A stretch of DNA of 63,500 nt, the filler included, from Choristocarpus tenellus KU-1152 (Eukaryota > Protista > Phaeophyceae): NCBI GenBank assembly GCA_964200185.2. It is 11 parts of 11 records of this genome, joined end to end, with 100 filler letters (N's around TTAATTAATTAA, not from the genome) between each part and the next. Parts side by side here need not be neighbours in the genome. Positions count along the whole stretch, not along the records: positions 12,766 to 25,791 come from CAXNAD020001609.1; positions 25,892 to 28,479 come from CAXNAD020026499.1; 9 more parts are not named here. One strand, given 5' to 3'. The notes under the pieces are model-generated. The model worked only from the letters and a program-made list of their open reading frames with translations, searched no databases and was not told where the DNA came from. Below, in pieces: positions 12,766 to 26,038 of this stretch (positions within the stretch are counted from its first letter, which is position 1; each line of letters opens with the position of its first letter). The position numbers and the translations under genes were made by a program.

Positions 12766-15700
12766 CTCCCCCCTGCCCCCTGCCCCTCCTTGTCTGGCGC
12801 ATACACCCTCTAGGCCTTTGCCAAGGGTGCCACCCCGCGTCTGCTGCACAAGATACCAGCAAACGCCTTCTTTTTTGTTGTTTATGAGTTCTTTCGGAAT
12901 GTTCTTGGTGTGACACGGTGACACGGTGACAAGGTTGTAGAGGGAACGGGAAGGGAATAATCCTGACCGTGCAGTGGCATTTGACTGTTTCATGACTGTT
13001 TTATGGCAATTCCATCTCTTGGAAGAGAACCCTCTGGTGTGTCTTGAGTGTGGAAGGCTTTTATTATATATTTTTTCTGTGCTGCAATGAGAGTGAGGGT
13101 TTTCTTCAAATTTTGGATAATTTTCTTCGTCTGTCAGTTACTTTGTGTGTTACCTTCCTTTCTCGTGCATGTGTGGAGGTAGTAGTGTTAGAAATTACGC
13201 ACAACTTGCAGGAAATTCTTCAGATGCCCTTACACAGCAGGGAGATGGTTTGTGGTTACCAAACTACTGCAGCTTAATTGCTTTTGATTTCTTGCAGTTG
13301 GGTTTATTTGTTGTGGGAATTAAAAAGTGTGCCTTGCAATGTTTATGAAGACTTCAATGACCTCCTTCTTGAACTGATAGTAGTTGCTTGTCTCCTCGAA
13401 TGATCAGCTCCTCTGTAATGCATGTGGAAGTGTGTAATATCAATGCTACCCCGGTTGGCGCTTGTCCTCTTCACAAGCATTCTTTCTCTCTGTGCTGGAG
13501 CTCTTTGACTGTAGTAAGACTATCACTGCTTGGAGTGTGGTACTGTTTGATATCTTTGCCTACAGCAGTGTGAATAATCACGTGATCTAGGTCTCTCTCT
13601 GGCACTGGGGCACTTGAAGCAATATGAAGGACTTTGATGGAAGGTTGGATCGCAGGTAGGTTTTATTTGGTGGCACCATGTATACAAAAAAAGTGCCTAT
13701 CTATTCATCTATCAGGTACACCGCTTCCCTCTTCCTTATCGAAACTTAGGCTCTTGGTATTGTCAATCTTTTAATTTTTTTTTTATGTATGTGTTTGTGT
13801 TGTGAATCGTAGTAATTGAATCAGTCCGATTCAGTTAAATTGCAGCTCGATCGAAACCCAAAATCTTGGGATCGAATTTTTCCCCCCCAGGAATGTTTGA
13901 AGGGGAGAAGGACCAACACAGGCACACACTCAAGCACCGTAAACATGTCTAAGACTGCATAATACGCCATGGATGTGACCAATTACTCTGAAGGCGATAA
14001 GGGTTGGTGACTATGCGAGTATGGCATCAACTCATCTCAGAATATATGCCCTTCCACATGCAGAGGATTATGGCCAGGAAGGTCAAGACCCGGGATCTGC
14101 CTTGAAGGCAGGCAATGAGTCAGTCATCTATGATGAAGGCGGGTGGCTTGTTGGGGAAGACTACATTGTATCACAAACAATCACTGCATATATCTACATT
14201 TGGAATGTGTTGCTGGTATAGCGTTCAACAGGGAAGGGATAAAATATGCCATGAAATCAGGTCAGGCAGGTGTTTATTCCCGTTCAAATTCCAGCCAGCA
14301 AACAGGAGCACTTGGAGGAGATGTGCAGTGTGTCAAGGATTGAGCCAAAGAAAGTGATTCAGGATATATGTATGTATATATACTGACTTGTTGGCGCTCC
14401 ACTCATTCCATTGCACACTACTTCTTGCACCTCAAACCTCTCATCACTATTAACGAAAGCATTGATAGCCTCCCAGAAAATATGTTGGCATTTGAGTGGC
14501 AGGTAAGGATTAGGAATAGGATTGCAAAAAAAAGAAATTATAAGCACTTCTAGGACGAAGGGAGTGTAGAAATTACTTGTCACCTGTCAAACTTATGGAC
14601 AAATACTGTATGCAATTTCTTTCACGCTATGTATTGACATCCAATGCACACACACCCTTCTTTCTTCACATTTAAAGTTGTGTCAAGGTCACTAACTATG
14701 CTGCATTGTTTGCCTTTTTTTAGTTGCCTCTCTGTTTCATGCCTCTCTATTCTTTCACTTTTCTTCCCCATCTCCCACCTTGCCTCTTTCTAGCTTGTTA
14801 TATTGCTATACTTGGGTGATGGATCTAGTTTAAACAGTTACTTGAGTTCATCATGGAAGCACAGAAAACTCTTGAAGGCGACACATGCTTGACAGTGTCT
14901 CAAATTGCCCCCATTACTGACGTACGAGTGGAGCCAGAGCAGAGCGAGCCTGCAGCACCTTCATAGCTGCAACCCCTGAACAGGGGGGAGCGAAAAATGT
15001 GTATACTAGCGCAAGGGTGGTGACATCTGATTTTGTTATCCTCTTTGATACAGGGAGGAACAATGCCCAGTACGCTGGGCATGAGAACAGGCAGCCCAGA
15101 GAGTTTAAGTGGAATGTCCTGGCTACTGATCCGGACCCCACGAACAAAATCCTTTAGCGATTCCGGAGAATGGGCATGGTGGAAATACTTGGAAGGCAGG
15201 TGGAGTTGTAAGTTCTAGGCATTGCGGAGGAGGAGCACTGAGCGCAGGATGCAGAGAATACTTCAGTGGTGGAACCAAGCCCATGTCCACGTGCTGTCTA
15301 TCTTGAATGGTGACAGCTATCCCATAAATGGTACAAGGGGTTCGAAAGAGCGTCCCTTGCAATGTGTCAGGAGAGTTCAACTGGTGGCGAAGGGATATTG
15401 GAACACACATGATCAGGGAGGAAATAGAGGAGGCAGCACAGGTAGAGGTTGATGCCTTCAAGGTTGCAGGAGGGCTCCCAATACGTGGTATGGACAGTAG
15501 AGCTTACAACAACCCGCTCAATGAAGTGGTGGTGGGAAAAGAGCTCATCATTTCTGTGCCTGGGCAAATTTGCCCACCGCATTTTGACGAATACTCCTGT
15601 AGAAGTGAAGAGCTCGAAATTCCCAGGTTATGTGCAGGTCCTTACCTTCCTTCACCTCACCTGTACGGAGGTGGATGCATGAGATGCTGCCAAGAAAGGC

Positions 15701-15963
15701 GACAAAAAGGACATCACCTAAAGACTGAAGCAGCATTGTGAAACCGCACACATACATCCTTCACAAAGAGATCAAAGATGCACCAAATGTTTAACATAAA
15801 ATATTTCATTCCATGATATCCTGGTACAACTCTTCAGTCCTTCTCTACCCAAGCATGCGTATAGAAGTCTCTCATACATCACATCAACGTGTGTATCTAG
15901 TAGTAGGAACAAAGAGCACAGAAACGAACAGTACCTCGAAAAACCTTTTCTCTCGGACCCTCT

Positions 15964-16094
15964 GAGTGAAAGTATCTTAGAGGGTACGAGTTTTTCCCTG
16001 TTTGTCCATTTGGGGCTTGACTTCCCACGGGTTTTTAATGACATTTTATTGGACAAACAGGACAAAACTCGTACACTCTAAGATACGTTCACTC
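15964..16094. mobile_element. MITE family A derivative made of two right-type ends (131 bp)
   Basis: GAGTGAAAGTATCTTAGAGGGTACGAGTTTT... and ...AAAACTCGTACACTCTAAGATACGTTCACTC in inverted orientation; no target duplication seen. Confidence 0.8.
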
Positions 16095-17062
16095 TGACAT
16101 CCTCAGTGGTTTTTCGCCTTTTCTAACCGTTCTTTCTTCACTACAAACTACGTCTGCTATTTGTTGTTATTCTTATTGTGATGGTTTTCAGTCATTCATC
16201 ACACTGCTGTAACTTGTACAGTATGCTATTCTTACTATTGATGGCAAGATGGGAATGAGAATACAGTCGGCATGAGGCCAAATAGCACACATTGCATCAC
16301 TCTTGTACACACTCGATGTAACAGCAAACGAACATAATATTCTCTTCAGGATCCTCAAAATCCATTACAAGGGACGCACTCATCATGTAGAACATACCAT
16401 GCCAGATCAAGCCTGTTCGGACTGGGCTCCTCACCTGCAACACTTGCAAGAGCCATAGCAACAGTAGTGGTCGATTTTGTTCCCAATCGAAGTAATCGAA
16501 CTTCCCTTCAAGAAAACGACACTTGGAACTTCAGCCTTGTTCATCAGAAGAAGTTGGTGAGCCTGATTTAAGTCAAACTTTATCGCCGCCATTTCAATCC
16601 CTGGGTTGTATACTGTCACAACAAATAGGCGGATGACCCTACATCTTCTTTGACGAGCAAATAAATTCTTGAGGCAAGTTGCCATTGTCTTGCTTTGGGT
16701 AGACAATTTGCAGTCAGTGGCTTATGGCACAGATGGAGCACCACACAGTAAGAGCAAAAGATACAAGCGTTCAAGAATCTACCTTTTCAACATACCTATG
16801 AGTACTAGATATGTTACACAACATACACGTAAATAATGTACCACAAGCACCAAAAAGACACTAATAATACACAAAGCAACGTTACACAAGCAATTCATGT
16901 TCCTTCTCTCCATAATATTATGCATTACACACTCATTGGTGAAAGTGAAATATAAATACACGAAATATACACCAACATTCGTACGTACATAATACCTATA
17001 CCTACATTTGTACATAAATACGTATGTTCGTACATACATGCATATCAACTCAACATATTATA

Positions 17063-18753
17063 CTACCTCTCTGCCGTAAGTTTGTGCCGCGAAATGTCTG
17101 AGCGAGAAAAGGGCCGAATCGGACAATAATCCTACAGAATGAAATCGGGTTGACAATCTCAGCTTTCAGAAATCAGAAACGGTGGGGGTCGAGGATTATC
17201 AGGTACAAACTTGAGATGCTTCAAGCCGTCAAAGTAAGGGTCTTTTGGGGTGATTTCGAGGTCAGAACTGGGCATGTCCAGGGTCAGAACGTCGGCATGG
17301 CAACCCCCCCGTCGACCCCCCCGTGCAGGAAGGTTGCTCAAGGGCCCCTCACCACCAGGGCTGCGCTTGCAGTGCGGCATGCCCTTGTGATGGTCCCTGG
17401 TGAGCATATATGACCGCGACATGTTGGGCAGGCCCTCACAGCAGAGATTGGAGTGTCTGAGCGTTACAAGCGAGGGCTCTGGGAGGACGCCGCCGATCAG
17501 CTCACCCGTGACCACACGCTTGACCTAGGGGTAGCGGCATTCGGAGCGGGCGGCATTCGGACCTCACGCCGACCAGGATGGCCACAATACATAGTATCAT
17601 CTCTGATAATCGACCATCCACAGTGTGTCAGGTGACAATGAAGATGGTCGCCAAGGGACTGAATTATAGCACGGGCACCATAAACAGGTGGTTGGATGAT
17701 ATGGGGGCCATAACGAATCGCCCCTGGATCAAACCCAAGCTTAAATCTTGGTAAAAGGTATGGAGAATGGACTTTGTTTGCGATCAAGTGGACAGGAAAC
17801 GTGGTGTGTACACCTCCATGGCGAACACAATCCATGTGGATGAAACCTGGTTTTACGTGATGACTGATGGAGAAAGGGTTAGGGTATTTCCGCATGAGGA
17901 TGATAGCGACCTTCCAGGGTCCCCTAATGTGCAGCACAAGAGTCACATCCCCAAAATCATGATCATTGCAGCCAACGCCCGCCCAGATTCGACTCACAGC
18001 TTTGATGGAAAGCTTGGTATTTGGTGTGTGTGTGTGTGCCAAAAACGTCAGACAGGACAAGCAAGAACCATAAAAAAGGGGATGTGTATGAGCAGGACTG
18101 TACTTTAGACCATTTGTGGTACAGGAAGTGGTACATGGAGAAGTTACTGACTGCAGTCAAGACCAAGATGCCTTGGTTGCAGGGGAAGCACACTGTCGTT
18201 TAGCAAGACGGTGCCACCCTTCACACGGGCAAGGATAACTCAGAAATCTTGTCAGGGGCAGGAAGACTGAGGGGTGGTCGATTAGACTTGTGACACAGCC
18301 ATCTAACTCCCCCGACCTCAACATCATGGACCTGTGCTTCTTCAGATCTTTGAAATGCCGAGTGATGGGGGAGTGGTTTGGGTTCATCGAGGAGATGGCA
18401 AAGGTCGTTAAGAAAGAGTATAAGGAGTATGATGAAACTACGCTTGAGAGGGCTTGGCAGCTTCTTTTTGTGGTGTGCAATCAAGCACTTACATACAAAG
18501 GGGGTAATGACTTCAGTGTGAAGCACACAGGGGTAAGGAAGAGGCATATGTCTGGTGAGGTTGAAAACATGCCGAAGGTAGACATGGAGGCTTTTTCTGT
18601 GGCTGATAAAATTGTGATGGATGGGGAGTAATAATAATAAAAAGAGCTGAACCTAACCAGAAATTCATCAAGGATTCCAAGTCTTCTTTCAGAAATGAAT
18701 TTCATCTTGAGAGAGTATGAACAACATGGCACAGACTTATGGCACGGAGGTAG
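17063..18753 (+). mobile_element. Full-length Tc1/mariner element, plant-type (DD39D-like), with decayed transposase
   Basis: 26-bp imperfect TIRs CTACCTC(T/C)(C/G)TGCCRTAAGTYTGTGCC; TA on both flanks; catalytic motifs IHVDETWFY, V*QDGATLH and QPSNSPDLNIMDLCFF. Confidence 0.92.
17440..18631 (+). pseudogene. Mariner transposase pseudogene
   Basis: Split across ORFs 17767..18108, 18021..18203 and 18290..18631; TAG at 18201; frameshifts at the (TG)n tract ~18025 and at ~18263; 5' boundary approximate. Confidence 0.85.
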
Positions 18754-20670
18754 TACAAGTCATTTGCATACCAAGTCTAGGGATGTATGCATACAACAGG
18801 ACACGGACAACAAACAATATAAACAAGTTATGTCTTGCACACAACTTCACAGTTTAGTAAAATAAAGAATAAAAAAGCGAAAAATACTTTTGAGACGTAA
18901 CACCTACACAAACTAAAAAGAAAATTATACGAAAATTTCCAGTTACGATTGACGTATTCTTAAAATAAAACGAATCAGGTTCGCACAACACTAAAAAGGG
19001 ATTTAATGACAACTATGAGACAAATCAGTGCTTGGATATATTATGATTGATGAATGATGATGAGAGTCCTTATACAGAGCACACGACAGTAATGACCCAG
19101 CAAAATGTACTGCTACTACCAATTTTCATGTTCCATTGTGCACCTACCTACGATGACCACAACAATGATGGCATTTATCTTCTCAATGGCTACCCAGGAG
19201 GATTAACATGATATATTGCCTCTAGTGTGTGATAGTGATAGTTCCCACTCCAGAAAGAGCAAGGTGTACACAGGTCAGTGCTTGCACCCAAAAGGTGCAT
19301 GGAGGGGATAAGAGGCATGCAGTGATGAGCGAGTGTCTTTGACAGCTGAGACACATTTTCAAGGCAATATGGGGAGAAAATCAGGTATCCATATCCAAAA
19401 CAAATCTTGGACAACATACTACATTATCTCAGTGTACTCACAACATGATCCCAGGTCAATATAGAGCAAAGCCAATTAACCAGCTCTGCATCTGCACAGA
19501 ATACTCAGTACTCAACGTACACAACCACTCATCGATACGTCTAGGAGTTCAACTTAAAGCTCACAAATGTATGTTGTAATGGCTATAGTTATTTCGACTA
19601 CTTTAACAGGAGATACAAATTATGGAGCAAACACAGGGGAATTGAACTGGACGTATACAAATATCTTTCTCTTACATGGCACCTATCCTTCCAGTGATCG
19701 AGTATATTGCACAGGCTTCTACTCAATTGCAAGCAATACCTACGTTCCCAATAGCTCAGTGATAACTGACAGCAGTGCTTGGCCGCTGGAACAAAAAAAA
19801 AAAAAACACTCAGAGATTGGCGTTGACATTGACGATGCAATCAATATGCAGGCATGTTGCTAATCCAGAGACACGGTTCACCCAGAAAAATAATCTACAA
19901 TAAACAGTACATGGTTGCCAGCGCCAGGTAGTCCCATAAAATAATATTCTACAAACTCTTGGTACAGCACGTACTCTCTGCATGAGAAAGGTGCACTACT
20001 GCAATACTGCCCAGAGCAAGGGAGGTGATTCATACAAATTTAGATTTGTTAGATGACGGGAGGTCAAATTTAGTGCTTTGCAATTATGCTCTAGGTTTGT
20101 TCAAGGCAATGAGCTCACTCTCATACACCAATGGTGTATGTGGCACTCTAATTTGTCAGGCTTTGCATCACTTGCCTGTAGCCAGCTAGGAGAGAAAAGG
20201 TAAAGACTGGATGGAGGCTGAGATTAGTAAGTAACTCAATTGAGTAATCAATAAACACTTTAATCAAAATAAAAGTCCCTATTCCTAAACCTCAACTAAA
20301 TCCGACTCTCCTACAATACACCATCCCATCATTACATGTTTGTCAAAAGGGTTGAAGAGTTTGCGCTCTCCATAAAACAAAATTTCATTGAGAACCTGTA
20401 CGTATTGCCCAAGCCAGGCCATAAGAATAGCTACAGAGGGCAACATCAAGACAAGACGAGATTGTACATCCGGGAGCAGGAGTGAGATTTCGATTTTCTT
20501 AACTCTTACAATATAATTTTTGCTCACCACGTAACAGGATGGGGGTTATAGGGTTGAACCAACTAACACCAGATACACAACCTAAAAAATGGTGTTACAT
20601 TGTCACATAAGGTACAAGTACAAAATGCACAAAACAGACAATAAAAAAAATGTTCAATCAAGCATCGCAA

Positions 20671-23101
20671 TTATGCCATCGCCTGCATGTGCTCCCACGG
20701 GAGTAATATTTGAACTAGCTTGCGCACTGGCCACCAAGCCAGCGGTGTTGACCTCTCCTCTGCCAGCAAAGGCATGATAATCATGGTTGCTACATGCAGC
20801 AGCCGATACATGCGCACAAAGCCATTCAGTGTGGGCAGTGGCATCAGATACGACTTCACACCATAGCCTGCCACCATGAAGAAATGCGTTGTCAAGACCC
20901 AGGGGTGGGGGGTTAGACCAGCAAGGAGTCCCACCGGCCCTGCTGAGTAGCAACCACCAAGGCCCAGGTAGTCAAAACAAGCTGACTGCAGGTTGGAGCG
21001 TGTCTCTTTCCCTTCTCCTTGTTCGGGTGTGCTAAAAACCTGAAGCCAGAAGGGTCATGGTCACTTATTGTCAAATTTGTGTATCTAACATCAAGTGTAT
21101 GGCAGGCACAGTAACATATATTAGGGGTGAATAGGGGTGAACGCTGGCAGTCCCATTGATTAAGTAGTACATACAAAACATAATGGTGATATGATTCCAT
21201 ACTCTATCTCACATGCAGTCTCTACGTATATACATGTTGCAAAAGGTGGGCTCATTTCCCTTGCAGCAAGGGTATACAGGACCTATTGACAGAGCGCATC
21301 AACCTCCACATCCAAATTAGAGGGGGGAAAATGAGTAGATTTGGTGTACAAAGGTGAGCATGGGAACTGCACCTGGTAAAGGGCATTTGCTAAAATATTA
21401 ATTGTAGCTGCATGTCCCTTGCGCTTTGAGTGAAAGCTTGACACAGCACCAGCCACAGCCTTTCTGTCACATAGGTCCACGCCTCTCAACAGACAACTAA
21501 GGAGCTCCACATCCTGTCAAGAGCATTGAAGGGGGGACAGTGTGGCCACATTGAGTGAAATCTTTCCAATGAAGGTTGAACAAGAGCACTACAGAACATT
21601 TTGTAACTGCAACTATGACGGCCAAACATTACACACACATACACACACACTATGCCAGGCACATATAAACATACATCACAGTCCAAGTACAAAGTCTCCT
21701 GAAAGTACAAACCTTGATAGCGACAGTCATGCCTCCTCCTGTTAGGGGGTGCCTCATGTTCAGAGCATCACCAATCAACACCGCACCTGGACAGTGGGCT
21801 CCAGAGGCTGGGAGAGATCGGTTGGGCATAGACTTGATGTCCCCCCTCTCCACAGCCTCTAAGAAGGCTGTCCTGAAACCCTTAGGCAATTGTGGGGCAG
21901 CCTTCTCACGGAGGTGGACAGCCAGCTCCCCTGATGCAGCATTGGGCATTCGACCTGCCACATCAACTAACACTCTTGTTTCCGTAGAGCTGATCTGGTA
22001 GATGAGCATGGGTGAAGGGTGTGCTAAGATAACATGGCCACAATGGCGGTATGGTACTGGTGCCTTATCTGCTGGGTGTGTGACCAACACACCCACAAAG
22101 GTAGACGCTTTCTGCGGTTTGATAGTATTGGCACACTTTCTAAGTCCACTCCATATACCATCTGCTACAACAGTCAATGGAGCCTTGACTTCCTTTGTTG
22201 CCCTCTCCTCCCCATCCTCTGCTCCAGTTGGCACTGCCTCTTTGTACTCAACTCCCAGAACAACCCCATCCTTCTCCAGCAGCCTTGTCACTGTGGCTTC
22301 CACCACACGGATATTAGGCTCATTCATTGCTACTTCCCTCAGTCGCTGCACAAACCGGCAGTTATGGAAACTCCGTCCTCGAGGCACCCCATCACCACAC
22401 CACTCTTGTGCTCCATCTATTCCCTTTCCTCCCTCACCCTCAGGTCCGGCCTTAGCCACAACACCTCGACCAAAAAAATCCTTGCTGTTTCCTGGATCAG
22501 TCTCAGGGTAGTATAGTAGTACATCCTTTTCACCCTTACATTCCTTTGGACACAAACCAAGTCCTGATTCAGATAAATTTGATTCTGAAGGGCGTATCAC
22601 AGCATATCCATGTACAACCACACTATCCACACCCTCCTTAGCACAAGAGTCTAGTCCAAGGCGTTCAAGGCCCCGTAGGCCCCCTGGCTGGAGGAGTTCC
22701 CCTACAATTCGATCTTGCTCTTTCATGCACTTCTCCAAAAGCCACACCTTACGCCCTTGTCGAGCCAGTGTCACTGCCAGCGTTGCACCTGATGTGCCTG
22801 CACCTACAACAACCACCTCTGGATAATCCATGTTATGCTGATCCCCTTTCCCCTCAAGACCATCACAGGAGCTTTCAACAGAGGCGAAACTATTGCTCTT
22901 CTTGGATTTACGGGTAGTGTCCACACAGTCCGTTATTCCATTTACTATGGTGATACAGAAGTAGACAGCAGACCCTAGCAGCAAGCACCCCAAAAGGACC
23001 AACTGGAGGGTAACACGGTTGAGGGACCCCTTATAGATCTTCACTAAGCTGTAAATGGAGACTACGAATAACCCCACTGCTGCCAGCACGTTGATGACCA
23101 C
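20671..23101 (-). CDS. SQLE: Squalene monooxygenase (conventional squalene epoxidase); exons ~23101-21713, 21513-21373, 21039-20671; true start uncertain
   Basis: VVVVGAGTSG FAD motif, DRIVGELLQPGG, GRSFHN, VVADG, GDALNMRHPLTGGGMTVA, TINILANALY, ACFDYL..GG...GPVGLLAGL; canonical in-phase GT-AG junctions; N-terminal hydrophobic segments. Confidence 0.95.
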
Positions 23102-23753
23102 ACATAACCTTTGGTCCCAGAGTTTCGGTGTTGAGGGTAGCGGTCAGGTCGCAACCAGGAGATTTGCTTGGTTGGTACAAGTAAGTGCCGATTACTTTAT
23201 CGAAAAAATGGATATACAAATGAAAGGCGACACTGTAATGTCACATAACTCAATGTCTCTGCTTCAAAAAACAGATCCCTTACACCCTCTGATCTAGAAC
23301 TTTAATAAAGCAGTGCGTTTGAATCCAGTTCTGCGATAATGTGATAGCAAGAAAATCGAAAGGACTGTATCACCTACTCCTTATGAGTGTTACTATGGAC
23401 CCATTTTCCTTGCAACAATCAAACTTAAAATAAACTCCACCTATGTGCACCCATACCATGGTGTTCGATGACTCTCGAACTAATCGTCCGCAAACTGTAA
23501 CACTATGGAAAGGATTATCTCAGTCGTCAACAGAGAGAGGAACCCCTCGTCAGTGTCACGCATCTCAACTATCTGTAACCTAACGTGCATCATTCTACAT
23601 AACCCTACCTTGGCAAGTAGTCCCCCAGAGTCCAAGTTTTCTCCTTGCCCCCTGACCGCCCCCCTGCTAAGCAGGATGTTTGTTTGCACATCGTTATCCT
23701 AGCAAATTTCCTTTCTGAAGATGAGTTGAGGGCGTAGTGAAAACTCCTGTATT

Positions 23754-23976
23754 GAACCTCTGAGAAGAATTTTCTTCTCAAGCCAGTTTCAAAGGACCAA
23801 CTATCTTGCAGGTTTCGCTGGCACTGATAAAAAATGTATGGTGAACAAAAGGGAACCTATCAGAATGAACCTCTGAGAAGTATTTTTTTCTCAAGCCAGT
23901 TTCAAGGGACCAGCTACCTTGCAGGTTTCGCTGGCACTGATAAAAAATGCATGGTAAACAAAAGGGAATCTATCAG
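23754..23976. repeat. ~113-bp tandem duplication upstream of squalene epoxidase
   Basis: gaacctctgagaag...cttgcaggtttcgctggcactgataaaaaatg...aacaaaagggaa occurs twice. Confidence 0.9.
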
Positions 23977-24483
23977 GATAATCCACTGCCCTTGCCTATG
24001 GACAAATGTTTTTCCAAATGTTTTGCACACTACAAAGTTGACATGGAGGCGATGGAAACAGGAAGAGGTGAACACAATCACTGAAACGAGGTGACTTAAC
24101 ACATCTGCCCCCCTCGTCTCACCGTGGATAAGGAGCGGATGTTTAGGCAGAGTGATTGCACGGCTGTAGATCCTCTTAACAACCTACAGCGACTGTGGAC
24201 GTGATCTGCAATGCGCGCTCATCAAGATCTGCGTATTCTCAATAGTCGTTTGACCCTTCACAATTTCACAATTTTCGATTTTGATTTTCGAGTCAGACCC
24301 AATCAGCCCCTATTGAGCCTACGCCATATTCCAGTCCTCAATCTTTATGGTTAATAGAGGCTATTCCCTGATATTTCTCCAGAGTTCGAACCCCATCGAC
24401 GCAATTGAAACTACATTTTTCGTTTCAAGGAAATCTTGCTTCGATTACCCAAATTCAAGTGGTAAGCACCCTCAGGACTGTAC

Positions 24484-24737
24484 GAGTCAATGCATTTTAG
24501 AGGGTAAACCCGCGTTCATTTGGGGGCCAAAATCCAACGTTGCTATTTTGATGTAATTTTGGCTATTGTATTTGTTAGGAAGTGTCAATATCCATGTTCT
24601 GGACCACCTTTCATGGCGTATATATTTTACCTACTAAACATTTTGGATTAGGGAAATGTCATACAAAAAAACGCGGGAAGCCAAGCCCCAATTGGACAAA
24701 CAGGGCAAAACTCATACCCTCTAAGATACTTTCATTC
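24484..24737 (+). mobile_element. MITE family A copy
   Basis: Both TIRs (slightly decayed) and the same internal sequence; flanks TAC/TAT. Confidence 0.85.
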
Positions 24738-25467
24738 TATTATCTTTTCTGTCTGTCGCTATATTACAAGAAATCCCGACCAAGAACAAGGTGGCAAGCC
24801 TCCATTGCCGCGAGACACAAAGATTAGCCCAGCGTCGCAGTAGAACAAGATTCAAAGGAGGAGGGGGAAAGATGGGTGGTGGGATGACTGAACCGGGGTA
24901 TATAGGATACATTCATCTTGTATACGTTCTCACACGTAAGGTCAATTGCCATCTTGTACGCAACGTTAAGACGCACTGGTCCACTCAGTCTTGCCAGCGG
25001 AATGAGATCACTCCATCGTTTTATTGTTGGTACATATTGTTGGTCGGTTTGTTCTCAACCTTAAGATGCACTTTAGTAGAAAGAGGCTTAATGTTCTCAG
25101 CTGACAAGCTCAGGTGCCTGGTCGACCCATGAGGATTGGATTGGCAAACAAGATTGCTGAAAAAATCGTTACACACAAGGAAGTAGTGACAATCAAGGAT
25201 ACACCTGATGCATTCTACTAATGTCCACATCATCGTATCTTCATGCACATCCCATTTTGTTAGAAGCTGTTTCGGAAGTACTGCCACCTCCAACACGAAA
25301 GTTGTTATCAGAAGAGTGATGGGCAAGGGACCAAACTCAAGCAAGCTTCTTAAAGGCTCGGGAGGAGGGAGAAGGGCGTAGCAACGACAGCACACAGAAC
25401 CCCAAAATACATTATTTGGTCATTATGGTCCCCGATTGTGATAAGACATTGTAGACCAGTTCATTTT

Positions 25468-25754
25468 TATACGATGATATTGATGATAATCTAAGTGAGA
25501 GATACAGCATACTTGACGACTTGTGCATCATCAGGAGTCCTATACCTTCATCAGTATCATCTATAGGCCTGTAAATGGGAGCTATACATCCTGTGGAGGT
25601 GAGCTTTTGGGGCGCGCTGTAATATGGAGGTCCTACTGAGACAGTTCCTTTCTATACGATGATTTTGATGATAATCCAAGTGAGAGATCCAGCATACTTG
25701 ACGACTTGTGCATTAAGAGTCCTATACGTTCATCAGTATCATCTTTAGGCCTGT
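25468..25754. repeat. Direct repeat of ~105 bp, period ~185 bp
   Basis: tatacgatgat.ttgatgataatc.aagtgagagat.cagcatacttgacgacttgtgcat...ttcatcagtatcatct.taggcctgta at 25468 and 25653. Confidence 0.85.
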
Positions 25755-25791
25755 ACGTGGGAGCTCGGTCACAGGCGATATGTCTTGATGG

Positions 25792-25891
25792 NNNNNNNNN
25801 NNNNNNNNNNNNNNNNNNNNNNNNNNNNNNNNNNNTTAATTAATTAANNNNNNNNNNNNNNNNNNNNNNNNNNNNNNNNNNNNNNNNNNNN
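25792..25891. other. Artificial contig linker
   Basis: N44-TTAATTAATTAA-N44. Confidence 0.97.
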
Positions 25892-25966
25892 GGTGGTGCT
25901 CTCCCTTGTTATCTAATTCATTCGTCATCAAACACGTCAGAGATATGTTTAAACATGTTTGTGACA

Positions 25967-26038
25967 GTTACACTACGTCAGTCGCTTATAAGTTCAAGTT
26001 ACACTACGTCAGTCGCTTGTAAGTTCAAGTTACATTAC
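25967..26038. repeat. ~31-bp tandem repeat, ~2.4 copies
   Basis: agttacactacgtcagtcgcttRtaagttca. Confidence 0.85.

Noticed and set aside
14021-15741. Coding-like purine-rich ORF fragments
   Set aside because: Multiple stops and no motif I can recognise; probably a decayed element but unassignable
21714-22516. Long plus-strand ORFs of 95-169 aa
   Set aside because: Antisense shadows of the squalene epoxidase exon
24186-24215. Small hairpin region upstream of squalene epoxidase (gctgtag...ctacagc, ~24163-24190) as an ncRNA
   Set aside because: Only a 7-bp stem, with no tRNA, snRNA or snoRNA motifs
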